Shown in pieces: positions 59,519-64,000 of a DNA stretch of 64,000 nt (position 1 is the stretch's first letter; each line of letters opens with the position of its first letter). Origin of the DNA: Massalongia carnosa. Its lineage: Eukaryota. A program made the position numbers and the translations under genes. The DNA lies in contig OZ287088.1 of the NCBI GenBank assembly GCA_965645245.1, positions 496,001-560,000 on the forward strand. Direction: 5' to 3'. A model generated the notes under the pieces. That model saw only the letters and a program-made list of their open reading frames with translations. It searched no databases and was not told the origin of the DNA.

Positions 59519-62500
59519 TCAATTTTCCACCGTCTCCATCGCATCAGCACGTCTGCTAGGAATCACTACTGCCATTGGCCAGCCAGGTGGAATCATGGAC
59601 TGTCGGTCGTCCTCGTCCCCCCCATGGTTTATAGTCGGCCCCTGACTATTATGTTGCTCAGGTTCTTCTATCGGAGGTAAGTTAATATTTTGCCGAGCAT
59701 GAAATGGTTTCAGTCGATTTCCTGCAAAGGTTCCAGCTAATAGGGTGCCGTCTAGTTCACATAGTTTGTAAGTTCCCTTATCAACTATTGTTTGTTGAAT
59801 TTTATATGGTCCTAACCACCTGAAAGTTAGTTTGCCTGTGTGTTGATTGTCTAATTTAGTGTCGTGCAAAAGAATTAATTGACCCTCGGTGAGTTCAATT
59901 GATCTCAGATTGTTCAGAGTGTCAAAGGTCTCTTTGCCTTCCATTCTTTGTCTTTGCAGGAATAAAGCTGTCTCTTCCATGTCTTCATCCCTTCGCTGTA
60001 TTTGTCTCGCACGCATAGCTAGCAATTCGTCTGTTGTATGAACTTCATTCCATGGTAATATTCTCCATGTTGGAATTTCCAGTTCGATTGGTAGAACAGC
60101 CTCATTGCCGCTATTCAGATAGAAAGGTGTGTTGCCGGTGCTAGCACGAACTGTTGTCCGGTCGGCCCATAGTACTGCAGGAAGATTATCAACCCATTTG
60201 CCCATGCCTCCATTTGTCATTTTGGATAATGCTTGAACAACTGGCCGATGTCCCCGTTCTATCATGCCATTGGCTTGCGGATGATAGGCAGAAACAACTA
60301 CTCTTTTGATACCATATCGATTTGCTAATTCGATAACAGCATCTTTGTTTTCTGGTCCACCATCAACAATCAGTTTTCCGAAGCACCCATGTCTGCATAT
60401 AACATCTTCCCACAAGAATCTCGCGACATTCTGAGCGGTAGCTTTTCCTAGTGCTCTACCCTCGACCCATCCGGAAAAGTCATCTCTGGCCATAACAATA
60501 TAGTGCTTGCCTCGACAAGCTGGCATGTATACCACGTCTAAGCCAACCTTCTGCCACATGAAGGTAACCCATGTCGGATGAAGTGCTTCCTCGAGCCTAG
60601 TGGGGTCACGTTTCTGACATTCCTCGCAGGACCGAACATAGCCTTTTACATCATCGTGCAATTGTTCCCACCAGTACCTGTCTGCTATGCGTCTGTATGT
60701 GCCCTCTCTGCCTCTATGTCCACTTTCGTCATGTAGCTGTTTCAATATTTCCAACTTCCGCTCATCAGAGTCTATCACTCGCCTGGAAGGTACGTTCTTG
60801 CTGTTTCGTCTATAAAGATGGCCATCTTGTACTCGATAGCGCAAGGCCTCGCTCTTAAACGCCCTAAACTCTTTGCGGTTTAGTCCAACCGGCTTTTGTA
60901 GTGATGTTAGAAATGCAGCGATTCTCTCGGACTTATCACTATATCCGGCCTTTAGCACTTTTTCGTCTGGCACCTCGTCTGCGGAGTTAACGGAAATTGG
61001 ACAGGCCCTTAGTGAATTCAGTTCGGCATCTATGAAGTCGTCTATGTCTTGCTCCTGCTGTTCGGCCCGAATTTCTTCCTCAGTATGAGGTCGTCTAGAC
61101 AGTCCATCTGCTGCCGTATATTTTCGGCCAGCAACATGTTGGACCTCGAAGTCAAACAGTCGTATCCATGCTATCCATCGGACTATCAGAGCACCAGGCA
61201 AATCGGTACAAGCTCCATTCAATTGCGCCACTAGGACGTTGGCGTCTGTCTCCAACACAAAGTGAACTCCATATAGCCAGTGCCTTGTCTTTTTCAATGC
61301 CTTTAGAACGCCTCGACACTCTCGCTTGGTTGCATCATATCGCTGTTCCACCTCGCTCCATACTCCGCTTTCGTACCGAATGGGGTGAGGCTTGCCATCA
61401 AAGATTTGCATCAGTACAGCGCCCCATCCTTTCAAACTCGCATCCACAGCCAATATGATAAGTCCAGCTAGCTCGCTATAGTCAATGGTCTTTAGTGCTG
61501 GCGGAGATGTCAGAGCTATCTTCAGCAAGTCCATTGCCTCGGTTTGTTCCATGCCCCATACAAAAGCAGCATCTTTCTTCAGCAGACGATATATTGGTTC
61601 AGCAACAATGGCAAAGTCCAATATCCATATGCGATAGTACACACACACACCTATAAAAGCACGAGCGGAAGAAGCGTCGGTGCATATCGGCCACTCTAGA
61701 ATTTTGATGACCTTAGCGGTGTCCGGATGTCTACCATCGGAGTCGGTCAAAAATCCTACTATCTTCAGACCGGCCATGCAAAATTGCGACTTTTCTCCGG
61801 AGATAGTGCATCCAGCCCTTTCTATGTCCGCGAGTACCCCATCTAGCCACGTGAGATGTTCAAGCACGTACTTTCTGATGCCCGGTGCCACTTCTTCACC
61901 ACCATAGTCAGTCTTCGGCCCCTTCACTCCGATGTCATCAAGGAAAGGTTTAGCACGATTCGGAATGTGATCCTGCAGTATCTTTGTCACTACCCGTACG
62001 AACTGTGCAACCGAATTGGTAGCTCCCATTGGTATAGATGTCATTCGCAATAGTCCTATTGGTGTCATGAAGGCGGTCATGTCTCGACTATGAACATCGA
62101 GTTCCATTTGGTCATATCCTGAAAACAAGTCGATCAAGGAAGCGATGTGGCAGCCAGCAAAGTCCTCTGAGAATTCGTCTACCGAAGGTGGCAGATTTGC
62201 GTCTCGGATGGTCACTTTGTTCATGTCTAGAGCCGCATTAATTAATCGGTACTTATTTTTCTCTTTCTTCTTCACTATGAACCATTGATTTCGATAGGGA
62301 CCATGACAAGGTTCCAACGTTCCTCGCTGCAGTCGGTCCTTCGGCATCTCTATCACCATCGGTACCAGGGCCCTTGGCAATGGGAATGATGGGGTCTGCC
62401 ATGCCTCATGTGGAATGGTGTTGATTTTACATGGTGGAGACACCTCAGGTTTGACTCTGCCCATCTCCGAAAACTCCCATGACAGCGCTGCTTCTCGGTT

Positions 62501-63106
62501 GTATAACATCTGGGTCAACACTTCTTTCTCAGCAGACGTCATACTGTCGCCCACTGTCATTCACTGCAGCCGTTCCGGTGTCAATCGTGAACCTTTGAAT
62601 ATTGTCGAGAACTTTGGAATCAGCCAATCAGGAAAATTTTCTGACTTTGGTAGACCTCTCTCTTTCTCTAGCGCCTTCGCCTTCCAATCTGCCATTCCAC
62701 CAGGTATGGTGCCATCCGACTGGTCAGAATTCACTGGTCGAACTTTTACCTCTTTCCGCTTATACGCCGTGTCAACTCTCACCGTACTCCGCTTGCCGAA
62801 CACTCTGTTTTGATTGATTGTATATATGTCGAATTTTCGAGAGAACCTTAGAGAAGAAAGTCCGACCGAGCCAATTGAACGCGACGGTGTAAAGGCGCGA
62901 ATATAGTGATCCATCGCTGCCACTTCCGCAATAGTCGCTGAGGGAGTTAGGGCTATTTGATTTAACAGGCCGGGCCTGTTAAATGGAACGGAAGAACCAC
63001 TTTCCGGAAGTCCCACCCTAACACTCGATACTTTCGCTCTCTCCAGGTTTTTACCACCACTACCAACCATGGACCTGTTCTGCACATGGTGGTTGGTCAG
63101 TTTAAA
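59519..63106 (-). pseudogene. pol: pol (RT-RH-IN) of Gypsy 4 with a single in-frame TGA at 62561-62563
   Basis: ORFs 62561-63085 and 59519-62560 are contiguous and in frame. Confidence 0.88.
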
Positions 63107-64000
63107 TTCTCCTCTCGGCCCTCCGGAAACAGGTCCTCTGCAGTACGATTTTTACTAGTTGAGTCAGAAGTTGCGGTGAATTTGGCAGCTCGGTTTCCCT
63201 CCTCCGCATGTATAGTACATTCCACCTCGTTATTCTGATAATCCATATCGACACGCATCTGATGAAGGTAAGGTTGGCCCAACACTAATTGATGATCCGC
63301 AGCGTCGATGACAAATATGTGATTGAGCGACACTATTCCGCCAATATTAACCTCAACGTCCTCACATACACCTAGGAATTCTTTCCGGTCTCCAGTATGA
63401 GAAATAAGATTGATATTGGGATAGGGTCGCATAGCTAGGCCTTTACTCTTGGCCACGTTGTACGTCATCACATTCACTTCAGCGCCGGAGTCTAGGAGAG
63501 ACTTATACCTGTTGCCATCGCCGATCTGCACTTTGGCCTTTGGTGTTGACCTCGTGTAGGCCCTGCGAAGTCGCGGGTCCCGAATGCCAATTGAACCAAT
63601 TTTTACCGTTGGACCCTCTGCCTTTTCCGGTTCGGCATTCCGTGTCATCTTATTGACCACCGGTTTAAACGTAGGCATCATGGCCATCAGATTTCCATAG
63701 GTCAGTCCTCCAGCACCAGGCAAAGGTATTTGCAAACAACGACTCTGTATTAGGTCCATGTTGAACTCATGTTTCGCGATCCGTAGAAACTCTTCGGTGC
63801 CCATCTGTTCTATCGCAGACCGAACCTCCTTTCGGATGGGGCCTGTCGGAACCCCGACCCTATGTTTCTTTCCTTTGCCGCCGCCGCTGCTACTGCGGAG
63901 GCGGCTAGCTGGGCCCGCCTCCGTCATGGTCACATCTTCTTCCAAAGGGTCGGCGAATGTAACACGAGGTTCAGTCGCATGAGATTTATCAGTTACAATT

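Larger units (their letters stand above)
58240..64000 (-). mobile_element. Ty3/Gypsy 4 (no chromodomain; 5' part beyond the window; putative 3' LTR 58240-58632)
   Basis: PR (LLDSGAE) in ORF 63097-63945. RT (FLDD), RH and IN (GPY) in 59519-62560. TG..CA-bounded 393-bp segment; its partner LTR is not visible. Confidence 0.9.

Noticed and set aside
62561..62563. Programmed stop-codon readthrough in Gypsy 4 pol
   Set aside because: No recognisable readthrough context; a point mutation to TGA is simpler.

Overview
Eukaryotic DNA from a filamentous ascomycete, judged from short GT-AG introns and fungal transposon families. The first ~6.3 kb holds three host genes: (1) an ORF fusing a trypsin-like serine-protease domain to a DHA1-type MFS transporter, running off the left edge; (2) a divergently transcribed hypothetical membrane protein; (3) a one-intron SDR oxidoreductase. 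From ~6.5 kb to the right edge the window is a deeply nested block of mostly decayed transposons, and many elements can be delimited by target-site duplications (TSDs). The block contains four Ty3/Gypsy LTR retrotransposons, about 20 solo LTRs of about 11 families, two TRIM-like mini-retroelements, seven Tc1/mariner pieces, pogo and Fot1-like elements, three piggyBac-like copies, hAT elements and a long-TIR family with a RecQ-like helicase remnant. Most notable: the protease-MFS fusion; TRIMs with Tf1-type self-priming PBS plus a Pol III B-box-like motif; the helicase-linked TIR family with an 8-bp TSD; extra ORFs inside two Gypsy elements; and one recombinant LTR that explains a series of half-elements. 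All coordinates were read by eye and may be off by a few bases. No database searches were run; family letters are my own labels.
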